A stretch of 56,512 nucleotides of DNA, filler included, from Dirinaria sp. TL-2023a (taxonomy: Eukaryota): NCBI GenBank assembly GCA_051941275.1. It is 3 parts of 3 records of this genome, joined end to end, with 100 filler letters (N's around TTAATTAATTAA, not from the genome) between each part and the next. Parts side by side here need not be neighbours in the genome. Positions count along the whole stretch, not along the records: positions 1 to 18,797 come from JAVEBF010000367.1; 2 more parts are not named here. One strand, 5' to 3'. Position numbers and translations under genes: made by a program. Below, piece after piece: positions 1 through 11,252 of this stretch; the stretch's first letter is position 1, and each line of letters starts with the position of its first letter. The notes under the pieces were generated by a model. It was not told the DNA's origin, did no database searches, and saw only the letters and a list, made by a program, of their open reading frames with translations.

Positions 1-145
1 AATTTCTTTTTTTATTTTTTTTTTTATACAAAAAAGGAGAGGGTTATGTAAAAGGCGGGGGTATGTTTGAACGCTCAACCTTTTCAATAGAGCTTCGTAG
101 AGAATTTGATCTTAGTTTGACGCTACCTTACCTATTTTACAGACC

Positions 146-1385
146 TTACCGCGATTGTCTCGCCTTAAGTCTTTCCTTGGCGCCCTTCTTCCCAGTCTTC
201 GCTTCGGGCAAAGCTTTGCTCTGCAGAGCCGGACTCGGCGCCCTCAAGCTCCTGACATGTTCCCTTATAATCGCCATCCCATCTGTGATCCGTCCCGCCT
301 CCTCCCTCTTGCCCTCCTCGAGCGCCTTTCGCTCAACTTCCTTCCCCAGCTCCTCCCTCCTCTCGTCCGTCATCTTCCACTCCTCCGGGAACTCGATTTT
401 CGGCTTGAATTTGTGGTGCCGGAAGTCGTAGGGCACGTCTTCGTACATGTCGTCCGGGTTTTTCGCTTCGGCGATCAGCGTGTCGACGAGATCGCCCAGG
501 TAGCGCTTGTTCTGCGCCTGCGTCTCGAACATCTCGCACGACATTTTCACGTTGTCCGTTTCCGGGTTGTAGCGCACGCCGACCAGCTTGATGAGTTTGG
601 CGCGCTGTGGCGGGGTCAGGTCGGGGAGGTCGGTGGTGCAGAACTCGAGAACGATTTTGTTGGCCGCGGGATGCGTTTCGCCCATGTAATTCGTGTAGCG
701 GAAGCGGAGGGGCTGGTCGAGAGCAGGCAGGGTGAAGGGTTTGGCCAGTTCTGCGAAGATTGATTGGTCAGAGCTACGCGTCCTGTATCTTTCCCCCCTT
801 TTTTGGGGGGGTTTGGAACCGTGATTGCAACATACTACTCAACATCGGCATCTCCCATGCCGCGATCCTCGCATATTCTCGCTTCTCTCGATGCTGCTCC
901 AATTCCCCGTGCCCCGTACTGCTGATATCATCTCCCTTATACTCCTCATCCGGCGGTGATCCCTCTTGATCCACTTCGCCCTTGGCTAAATAGCCCGGTC
1001 TCACCCTCTCAAGGCGGTCGGGACCACGGGGAAACTTGTGCTGTATCGCGTTCGCAGCATTCGTTACTTCGGCGTTGAGTATGGCTTCCACCTCGGGAGA
1101 GTTCATATGCTCTTCCATCGCAATATAATCGGCTTGGTACCGAGCCTTGTCTTCGGAAGACATGAGGTCGTATTCTCTGCGGGCTTCAGGGTCGAGATCA
1201 TCGTAATTGAATTCGATTTTCAGCGGTGGTCGTGGTTCGACGGCGCGGCGGCGGCGACGACGGGAGATGGGAGTGGTCGAGATGGCTCGGAAAGGACAGG
1301 TTGGGAGCGGGAATTTTCGTCTTGAGGGTAATTGCCGTGTGTTTCGTAGAGCAAGGCTACGCAATCTGATCAACGATGCCTCCAT
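146..1385 (-). CDS. RSM24: Mitochondrial small-subunit ribosomal protein mS35 (Rsm24-like); 2 exons (1385-836, 750-146)
   Basis: ORFs 774-1385 and 146-685 join through a GTATGT..CAG intron (835-751) to give REYARIAAWEMPMLSKLAKPF...LRFRYTNYMGETHPAANKIV...KLIKLVGVRYNP...FETQAQNKRYLGDLV, characteristic of fungal Rsm24; Arg-rich N-terminal presequence. Confidence 0.9.
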
Positions 1386-1630
1386 TGCTGTGGCTATGGA
1401 AGAAACATCTTAGCTGGTCCTCTTTGGGTGAAGTCTGATGAAGCCCGATGTTGAGTACGGCAGCCCATAAGTGGCTGAAGCGCAAAACCTTAATCCGACC
1501 TAGCCTCCCGTGACTTTTCCCAACGCTTCCCTACGTCCTCTATTACTTAGGTAGCCTCCCCTACCCCTTGATTTTGTGAACAGTAAAAAAAAAAACTTTT
1601 TGGATAGAGAATAAATATAACACTACAGAG

Positions 1631-2364
1631 ATGGTGACACAAATAGATCCTGCACCTAAGAAATTATGTTTCGTCACGGTAGGAGCTACAGCTTCATTTG
1701 ACGCTTTGATAGAAGCGACTCTGAGCCCCAAATTCCTCGATGCTTTGCAAAATTCTGGCTACACAGATCTCCTCTTGCAACATGGTGCAGGAGGAGGCTC
1801 GATTTTGCAGGAATTCTATGATTCCGGCGGTTCCATCATACAAAAGAAGTACGGTATCACCGTCAAAGGATTCGATTTCAACAAACAAGGGCTTGGCTTT
1901 GAGATGAGAGCCGCAAAAGGTAGCAATCATGAAGCCGAAGGGGTCGTGATTAGCCATGCTGGTATGTGTCCATAATCGCAGGTCTCGAAAAGAAGAAGAA
2001 TAAGTAGCGCTCCTATGCTAACACCTGATAATAAGGTTCTGGCTCCATCCTTGATGCTTTGCGCATCTCGGTCCCACTCATTGTGGTTCCAAATCCATCG
2101 CTTTTAGATAATCATCAGATCGAGCTCGCTGAGGAGCTTTCTGCGCAGGGCTACGTGGTTCATGGCCGACTTGAGTGAGTTTACACCCCAGGTGACCTTT
2201 GGGATTCGTTTGACACGTCTCCAAGCGACCTTCCAGTAGCACTTCGCCAATCAGAAGAACTAGGTGAAAAGCAGAAATCTTGGCCCCCGTCTATCAATGA
2301 GCATGACCCCTCAGGACGGGGCTTAGCCGGTGTAATGGATGACGAAATGGGCTTCGTCGATTAA
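1631..2364 (+). CDS. ALG13: UDP-GlcNAc transferase catalytic subunit Alg13 (glycosyltransferase 28 C-terminal family); 3 exons
   Basis: [15 protein letters not shown] at the N-terminus; [40 protein letters not shown] across the intron starting at 1962; C-terminus [10 protein letters not shown] ends at 2364. Confidence 0.92.
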
Positions 2365-4375
2365 TTAAACGCAGTCTAGACAATAATATTCTCTTGTCGA
2401 GTCGAAAGAGTGACACCCAAAGCTCCGTCGCTGCTTAGGATTTTCATGAAACTTTCATGGCCGCAGCCTTGCGCACCAGCCAAGTGCAACAGCCAAGAAT
2501 CCACAGGCATCCTCTCCATTCCTCTCGAACTCCAACTATATATATAATATATTCCTTACCCCGAATTGCGCCGTATGCAACGACCCATTCTATGCATCGT
2601 CGACGCAAGCGCATGCGCATGCGCATCCAATCCACACAAGTTTTAACTCTCGATCTTAACGCTCCAACTCAACTTCCAAATCAACCACGAAATCAAACCA
2701 ATACTCTACAGCCCGAACTGCTAGCGTGCGTGCTCGATACCTCCGATCTATGCTGCAAGCCTTCGTGCAACGACCCGGTCGGATCCGACCGCGCCCGCCG
2801 CATCGACATGCTCGAGTACGTCAAGCGTGTCCGCGCGCAAGTGGAAAAGATGTGGGAAAGCATTTGGGAATGGAAGTTCCCAGCTCCTTCGTCCGCCTCC
2901 TCGCGCCACGCCGCGATCAATTATATCCACGACGGCCTGCGCGAGATTTGCCGGGATTTCCAACAGGCATGCGGTTGAAGTGGTGGTGTACCCTAAGGAC
3001 AAATTGCACCTGCAGAGTTGATTGTCTGAGGGGATTAATGATGTGGACATGGAGTTCGAGGACCAAGAGACCGCATTGTGAATTAACACGTCGGAACTGG
3101 GCGAGTTCGATGAGGCGAGCTCTCAAATCTTGCTAGAGAATAGATCCGTCCATAAGTATATATGCAACGATCCCGTCGAAAAACGCGGTCAGCTCATCCA
3201 TATATCCACCAGAAGTACCGTGCACCACAGAGCTCTAGAGGTGGTCATCGCAGATGAGCAATCCAAATCCAACACCATACCGAGCATTGCTCCACGCGAG
3301 GTGCACCTGTGTGCGTCACTGCAGCGTTCTAACCTAGCGTACGAGAGTATCATTGAAGGAAACCGTGCCCAAACAAATTCCTACCTTGAATCTCAGTGGC
3401 TTGCATCCGTGGAGCTTCACAGTAGCTGTGGCGAGAAACGGATACTGGAGCGTTGGAAATAAACGAGTCCTCTCATACGGTATGATTAAACCTTTTACTT
3501 TAAGATAGTTTAAGATAGAGTCGCATAGGCTTAAAGCTGAACAATCTGCTCTTCCAAATCTATCTTTACAGTTAGATCTTGTGCGGCCGAAGCACTCGAC
3601 CTTGGGTTATATGTAGCAACAAGGCTCAGTGCTCGTTTGATTCACGCCCTTTCCGATTTGAGTTTCACGGTTGCCTTAACTCCCATTGATTGATTGATAA
3701 ATGATTGATAAATGAATCTTATAGACTTTTCAGAATCCAATGATTGAGGCTTCTTTGTTGCGAATTCGAGTCACAGCTCTGAGTGCTGGGTCTGGGTCAG
3801 AGCGGTATGAATGTACCTTTGCCGCCATGTTAGATAGCAATAATTGTGGGATTTTCCTACGCCAATTCATTCCCAGAGCTTGACCCATTGAACTTCTAGT
3901 ATGCATAATTCGAGCCATGAGAGGTGGAATGTCTGGCTGATGCGCGACGCGGACTGGTTTCGTTACCCTGATCCTGCTTACGATTCACAGCCCACGCCCG
4001 GACCATCCAGCGTGTCCGTTGTCACGGGGTCACGGCTGAAAATACCAGGAATGAAGGTTTTTTTTTTTTTACTCATTCGCGTACTGCTATTTTTTGGGCA
4101 GCTGCGGAATTCGGTTTGGAAGAGTAGATGTGCTAAGTCTTCGACATTCGCTACAGCAAGTAAACAAAGACAACTTATCCACACTTAAGTAAGTCCGTGC
4201 TAGCTAAACATGCCCTCGATTGTTATGTGACTTTGCATGATAAGAACTTTGTCGTATCATCTTACACTTGGAAGCAATTGTGTCCGATGCTCCTCAGAGC
4301 CGAATTTATGGTTTGCGGGCGTAGTTTAGTTGAGGTTTCGCGTGCTTCGATTAGAGCCTATGAATAGCTCTAAAT

Positions 4376-5779
4376 TCACGGCACGGCAATGGGAGACTGC
4401 TGAGGATTGCGGTCTGGTGCTTCGGCATCAAGCCTTATTTGCCCCTCTCTTTCTGATCGACGTCGTCTCCATTCGTCTTGAAGAGTGAAACTCCAATGAC
4501 TCACCATGCCAGCGAGGAAGCCCACTGCATCATTGCGGAAGGCCAGAACACCTCCGACGGTTATTGCCATGACGATCCATCGCCTATGCTTCTCTTCCTC
4601 CGATATTGCGACCATCTCCTTATCTTCTTCCTGGCTGGTGAACCCTCCATGGTCTTCATCCGTTGGTGCAGGTTTTCTCAGATCTAAAGCACCGGCAGTA
4701 TTCAGACTCTCCCCAACATTGACAAGCTCCAACCCTGCAGCAACAACCATGATCCCAAGTAAGTGGTTAGGGAAATGGTTGAAGATCTGACTTGCGAATG
4801 GGCCAGCGAAAAGGCCAAGTAGAAGCTTGATCAAGCCTAGGAAGATGATACTTCCACCTGAACGAGCGCCAAAGCGATACTGAGCGGCTAGGCCACCGCT
4901 ACCATGACATACTGGCATGCTGCCAAACCAGCACCCGACTAAGTTGATTGCCATAACACTGACACCTAGAGACGTGATAGATGGCGCTTTGACATGAGGA
5001 AGAAGATCGGCAGATAGGAAAGAGACAGCTATTACCGAATTCAATGTTGTGAGTGGAAGTTGACCGAGACCGGCATTCAAAGCTCCTACGCGAAAGCTGC
5101 TGGGTGAAGGGACGAAGGCATGGGGCTTCCAAATACCAAGGTAAAGCGGACCGTCATGTCCCGCCAGGATGTCAACAAGAGCCCAGATAGCTCCTATGGA
5201 AACGACTACCAAAGCGTACGGCAAACGCGGATACATAGGGTTCCAAAGTAAAGCTAGAAAGGCCACAACAGGTACGACGACTTGATCTATATGGTAAAGG
5301 GTTTTCGTTATCAGAGTGCCACCGTATATGATAAGTGTGAATCCAACACCCAGCTGAATTCCTTTGATGACTGGGATCGGAATTTTCTGTGTAATCCATT
5401 CCAATAACCCGGTCATGCTTAGGAAGCCAATTACTGCTGCCACGAATAATCCGGCAGAAGCAACCTCTTCTCTGCGGTAATGATTTACCAAAGCTACTGA
5501 AGCGATGGCTTTCATAGGCTGAACAGGCAAAGGTATGCCGAAGCAGAGGCCTGTCAGCATGTTCGCAAGACCGCTGAAGACAAGAGTGCTCGCGAGAGAT
5601 ATCGAGCCTCTCTCGTTAATGTTCTTGGTATCGGAAGCCAAGGCAATGATGATGGGTAGCAAGGTCCCAAGATCTCCAACCGATCCAGACATCTCTTGGA
5701 GCGGCTGGTGGCGGAAGGTCTGCCAGTTGTATCTTTGCACATCATACAATCTCCTCCCGGTACGACGGAAGTAATCCAT
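4376..5779 (-). CDS. Molybdate transporter MOT1 family membrane protein (start may be the in-frame ATG at 5806)
   Basis: Intronless hydrophobic ORF with EMSGSVGDLGTLLP, PLPVQPMKAIA, IPIPVIKGIQLGVG, GQLPLTTLNSVIA and GSMPVCHGSGGLAAQYRFGARSG, the MOT1 (MFS_MOT1) signature motifs. Confidence 0.88.
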   Translation of the reverse strand: MDYFRRTGRRLYDVQRYNWQTFRHQPLQEMSGSVGDLGTLLPIIIALASDTKNINERGSISLASTLVFSGLANMLTGLCFGIPLPVQPMKAIASVALVNHYRREEVASAGLFVAAVIGFLSMTGLLEWITQKIPIPVIKGIQLGVGFTLIIYGGTLITKTLYHIDQVVVPVVAFLALLWNPMYPRLPYALVVVSIGAIWALVDILAGHDGPLYLGIWKPHAFVPSPSSFRVGALNAGLGQLPLTTLNSVIAVSFLSADLLPHVKAPSITSLGVSVMAINLVGCWFGSMPVCHGSGGLAAQYRFGARSGGSIIFLGLIKLLLGLFAGPFASQIFNHFPNHLLGIMVVAAGLELVNVGESLNTAGALDLRKPAPTDEDHGGFTSQEEDKEMVAISEEEKHRRWIVMAITVGGVLAFRNDAVGFLAGMVSHWSFTLQDEWRRRRSEREGQIRLDAEAPDRNPQQSPIAVP

Positions 5780-6015
5780 TGTGTTTCTTCGTAATTTTGG
5801 AAGCATCTTAAGCCTAAGATACAGGATCAATGCTTACATTCTATACGATCACGCTATCTTTGAAATACGTCATGCCCGGCGCTTGCGCTTCCCGCGTCTA
5901 GTACGGGTATCAAGCCCTCGATCGCCCGTACTCGTACCTCGTACGTATCTGCTCTCCACAAGCTACCCTGGATTGATTGCCGTACCAAATTTAAAGTAAG
6001 AGCTCCGCTATCGCA

Positions 6016-7174
6016 ATGATGACATTGCGAAGATTGGCAGGCTCAGGTGTGTCCCATATCTCGATGTTAAGCACATTTCCATACCACTAACACTTTCTTC
6101 CATCAGCCGCACTTCGTCCCTTCAACCACCAAATTCCCTGCTCCTGCTTCTACATTTCCCTTTTACATTCTAATCAAACTCGGCGCACGATTCTTGAACG
6201 CTTCTTAGGTCGTAATCGCGATAAACCAAAGCGCAAGATCCTGGACCCTCTGGACCCAGAGTTCCTCAAATCCGGCAAACCAGATGCTGCGTCCCAAAAA
6301 CCGCCAAAACAAGGGAGTCTCGCGGAAGGCTCCATTATCGACGAGGAATACATAGCAGAAAAGAAATCCCGAGAAGAACGTGGTTCTGATGGCGGATCGG
6401 AGGATATGCCATCGAGCCGCGTCCGTCGCTCCCGCAGATTTTTGGGCGCTGCCTTGGATCCCCTCCCCTCGAACACCGAGCGCTGGAAACGGAAGATGGT
6501 TATAAAGCTTGCACGGAAGCGATTCAAATGGAATAAAACGGAGATTATCAAGCGGAGAGAAAGGGAGCATCTGGCGAGGAGTCATTTCATGAAAACGAGC
6601 ATCAAAAAGCTTTTCCCGTTAGCGCGACAGATAGCGGGAAAGCCAATCGAGGAGGCGATTGTGCAGATGCGGTTTAGCAAGAAGAAAGCGGCCGCAGAGG
6701 TCAAGAAGCACTTGGAATATGCTAGGGATGAGGCGATTGTGAAAAGGGGTATGGGATTGGGCGAGGAGGATGCTGAAAAGCGAGAGGGAAAAGCAGAGGG
6801 CAAGGCGAAGGCCCAGGTGGTTGAAGATAAGGACGGCATAAAAAGGTGGGTGCGCGATCGAACAAATATGTTTGTGGATCAGGCCTGGGTAGGAAGAGGA
6901 TCCTACACCAAGGAACCAAGTTTCCGAGCGAGAGGAAGGGTTGATATTTTGAGGCATCCCACCACAAGTAAGTTTGGTTCATTGTTGTAGTCAAAAATGA
7001 CCGGCGCAGCTGCAGAGACTGATGATATCGATAGGCATTTCAGTTCTGCTGAAAGAAGAGGCAACGCGGATCAGGCTGGCAGCTGAGCGAGAGGAAAAGC
7101 GGCAGAATAGGCGCGTTTGGGTGCCTTTGCCGGATAGGCCGGTCACAGCACAACGGCAATACCCTTTATGGTGA
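6016..7174 (+). CDS. MRPL22: Mitochondrial large-subunit ribosomal protein uL22m; 3 exons (6016-6046, 6107-6967, 7035-7174)
   Basis: KTSIKKLFPLARQIAGKPIEEAIVQMRFSKKKAA and FVDQAWVGRGSYTKEPSFRARGRVDILRHP are L22 motifs; canonical introns keep the frame; ends PDRPVTAQRQYPLW*. Confidence 0.9.
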
Positions 7175-8193
7175 TAGGTTGCACTGTTACGGCAGCAATG
7201 TATCGATCAGGCTGGTCCAACCTCCGATTCGTTTAGATTAATGAAACCTCAAAAGCATTCGAAGCGCCAGTAGAGAACCTCATATGATCAAAGTCACCGA
7301 GTCCAAAATATGAATGACTAGAAACATAAGAGTTCCAAATTCGCCAGGCAAGGGTTTTCACTCTCCTGACTCAGGACCGATTGTACTCTTGGCCGGACAA
7401 GCTCAAGTGTAGGCTCTGCGAGCCGATCGGTGTTTGTGGTGGCCAGATCATCCCCTGAGATTACCGCCCAGTGTTGAAATGTGGTAGGGGTTTTATGGTG
7501 ATTTTCTGGCATCTACCGATAGCCTGTTTATATATACTTACATAATACAAATAGATAACAGTGTTATGTTTGCGTACATTTATCGTCGTCAAGGATATAT
7601 GAAAATGAGGTATGCCAACCCTTTCATCGTTCTATCTTTCCCGATACTGTGACTTAAGGTTTGCAGTAATCCGTGAGGCTTTTCTCTTTTTTTTTTTGCT
7701 CACTCTTAGTGGCTAAGTACAGTGAGATTCGTAAAATGCTTAAGTAGGTACTCTAATCTGCTCTCTTACATCGAATCTACCCGTGTTGTCCTATCTACAT
7801 ACAGATATGAATACGTTCGAGCTGTATGCTTCATTCACTCTATAACAGTGTCGAATTAGAATTCTAGGGAGAAAAGAACGTTCGAGCTCCAGATTCCGAA
7901 GAAAGCCTGGACGAGTGAGTCGGAAATGACCTTTCAAAAAAAAAAACGAGGACTGCACGATGCAGAACCCCTCACCTATTTCTTCTTCCTCAGAGATCTT
8001 GGTCTTTTTAAACATGCGCTTTACTTGAAATGCTGGTACGTTCAAAAAGAAGAGATAACTAATTTTGCACCAGAAATACGGAGCAATCACGATCGCCCGA
8101 GGTTCTGACATTGTATAGCTTCTCTAAGATCTGAACCAAGATGGAAATAACTCATTATCGTGCTGGCATACCGACGCCCAGAAAGAAATGCTT

Positions 8194-9700
8194 TTAATTC
8201 GACTCTGCATCCCCCCTTTCCTTCTCCCTCTCCCTCCTGATCAGCGCCTTCTGCTTCGTCTGGATTGGCTTCCACAGCGGCCCCAACAGCGCTGCCCCAA
8301 CCAACAACGTAACTCCACTGAACAGCTGCAGACCCAAAAAATGTCCATGCGTCGTATCCGAAATTGCTGCTGCGATGGGCGTCCCCACCAGGATCGCAAA
8401 CGCCGTCGAACCCCACATCATGCCCATTCTGGTCCCTATGACCTCGGGGGAAGGACACACGAGCGGCAGCACCGCGGGTGAAAAAACCGTCAACGGCCCT
8501 GAAATGATACCATAGAACACGATGAAGGTGATGAAGCCGCCTAGATCGTTGACTGCGGGCCAGGTCAGGCAGAGGATGGCGGCGGCGCTGCTGCAGAGTG
8601 TCCAGGGGAGCATTATCAATGTGCGCGTGGAGATTGCGGAGCCGAGGAGTCTGGCTACCAGGGATACGGCGCTGTAGAGGACCATTAAATCTATGGAAAA
8701 GGTTTGCGATGTTGGGGGCTTCAAAGCGGTTTCGGCAAACACCGGGATGAAGAACACGGGTGTGAAATAGCCTAGGAATCTGAAAAATCCGCCGATGCAG
8801 AGGATCAGGAAGGGGAATTCCTTGCATCCGTTCACGTCGATTAGGGCTCTTCGTCTTCCGCTGACGTGGATAGAGCGGCAGAGCAACATGGGGATAGCGA
8901 TTGAAAATACGCAAAGACCTATTAGACCCATGGTCCGCGTCGTCCATGCGAAGCCAACTCGCTGAATCATTCTCGAGAAGACGAGATTGAAGGTGATACC
9001 GCCTTTTACAATGAATTGAGTGTCAGTTCCCCTCTCCCTCACACATGAGAGCCAGGAAGTGGGTGCGCCATCAAAAAATACAAGGAGTAGAAAACACAGA
9101 CACGCACCGATGCTTATTCCCGAGCCTACTAAAGCTATCGCAACAGCTCTCCTCGTAGTAAAAGACGCAGCAACGAGCGCATAGTTCGGAACATGAACCA
9201 TCCCGCTTCCTAACCCCGTGCAGATCCCCTGCGCAAGCAGGACCTGATAGTACTCTGTCGCCAAGCTAGTCATCATGAATCCAAAGATGGTGAGAAACCC
9301 GCCCAAAAACAGCAGCGTGCGATGGTATCCCAGATCGAAAACGGGGCCAGCGAAGATCCCCGTAGCCATGAGTAAGAAGCTTTGGGTCGTGCCTATCCAT
9401 GTGATTGAGGAGGCGCTGTACGTTGGCAGCATCTTCAGCTGGTAATAGGATTGGAAAGCGCCGAAGGAGAGGAGGAAGCCCCTATAAAAAACAAGGCAAG
9501 AAAATGTGAGTAGGTTGGTTTTTTTCAAACTTCTTTTTTGACACCTTGCAGTAGGGAAAGAAGTCTGACCATGTAACGCAGCATGTGAGAAAGGCACCTA
9601 GAACTTGCAACCAGGCTCTCCAGCCTCCATTTGGCGGCGCTTTTGGTACGGAAGTCGCATCTTGATCGCTCTTCTGCGTAAGAGCTTTATCCTCCGCCAT
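8194..9700 (-). CDS. MFS transporter, monocarboxylate porter (Mch-like) family; 3 exons (9700-9570, 9481-9108, 9002-8194)
   Basis: PPNGGWRAWLQVLGAFL N-terminal motif; SFGAFQSYY, SITWIGT, LAQGICTGLGSG and GTRMGM motifs; about 12 hydrophobic segments. Confidence 0.88.
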
Positions 9701-10191
9701 GAGGAGAAGATCTGCTTGCTCAAAAATCCTTCCCTATGCCCAATTTTTTAACCCAAAATTGTAATGGAGATGAGTTTGATGGAGCTGAAGACCGTCAACA
9801 TACTGGTGAGGGTCATGTCTACCGAATTCCCGACTCTCACAGAAGCATATGACGCACGTATGGGACCTAAAGAACGACCTGTATCTCCGAACTCTGGGAC
9901 CGAGCATCTCCGGAGTTGATCAGCGGTAATCTCCCTAGGGCATTGCATTAGAGCTAAACGACCCACGCTAGTAAATCAATTGGATGGCACATTTGAGACT
10001 GTCATCATTGAGCGTTTTGTAAACCAAACTTATCACGAGAGTCGTAATAGGGAGAATCTACAGGTGCGCATATCCACCAATTTCGCCTTTTTTTCGGGAT
10101 TTGTCGGTGGGGACGGTGAGCTGCTCTTTGCTAGACTCGTGGAAGATAAAAAGTGTATACGTACTGGAGTTCCATTTGTTTGTGGTTCTGC

Positions 10192-10600
10192 CTAGGCGGC
10201 CGTCATAGCAACATTGATCCCATTGCGTGGAGAGCACGTCAGCAAATACGATTCTTGCCAAGGATCCGGGTCATGGCTTTCTATATGAGTGAAAGGCTGC
10301 ATCACTCGTACGGTCGTATAGCTCGCTTCTGCCAAGGCAAACTTTTCTGCATCAAGTCAGTCAATACGAAGACTTTGATTACATCACGATCACCTACCTT
10401 ACGTCCAAGACACATGCGCGGACCTTCGTTGAAGGGCAAAAACTCCCGCGAAAACTGTCAGTCATTACTGTCCCTAGTATCCGGTACTTAGCATCGGACG
10501 ATTGGCATACCCATCCAGTTTTAAGACTTCCCCATGTCTCTGGCCTTAATTCATGCGCGTCGTTACCGTACAGATCTTTCCACCGATGCATACTGTACAC
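10192..10600 (-). pseudogene. 5'-truncated cytochrome P450 remnant (CYP52-like C-terminus)
   Basis: Minus strand reads VYSMHRWKDLYGNDAHELRPETWGSLKTGW | EFLPFNEGPRMCLG | QKFALAEASYTTVRVMQ...CSPRNGINVAMTAA*, i.e. the PERW-like and FxxGxRxCxG heme motifs. An in-frame stop lies just upstream of VYSMH and the first intron acceptor reads CGG instead of CAG. Confidence 0.8.
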
Positions 10601-11252
10601 TATTCATTTCGCAACCTATTCCAAGACACGATTGAAGCTGTCCACGAATTGAGATAAGGTTTTGACCCTAGAGGGATTATTTACCCTAAATGTTTACCGA
10701 GCCGAGCTAGCCCGATGCACGCTAACCGTATTTGGTAATAGACATCTTGGCGTCCCTCGGTGTGGCCGAGGGGCCCGATTGCCTTATCCACTGGGCCGCC
10801 CACATCCGGCCTTACTCGGCTTCCTCATCTTGATACCACCATTCTGGGCAGGCTTGCCGCTGAAGCTTGACCAGGTCGCGTTATCCGCGACCGATGTTGT
10901 CTCCAGGTCTGTCTAGTGAAAAGCTTGCAGGCGGTATTGGCCGCACCTTGTATCCCGCCAAGGATTTGACTACTTCTTGACTCGTCCAATATTCAACGTG
11001 ATAGGCCTCGCCACCCGACATGGTCGCTTTGGCGCCTGCCTCATTGGCCCTGACACAGCTTAAGTAACCCGCTCCAGTTATTGTCTATGTTTTTGAGGGA
11101 TTCGACCAATATGGAGTTTGAGGTGGCGTACACAAGTTCAATTGGCGCGTGGCCGTCCTTCGTAATCTCAGTGCAAGATACAATAATTCATAAAAGCATG
11201 TTGTCCACCATTATTGTAGGGAGTTGATCTTGGCACTCCACCGACCGACTAC

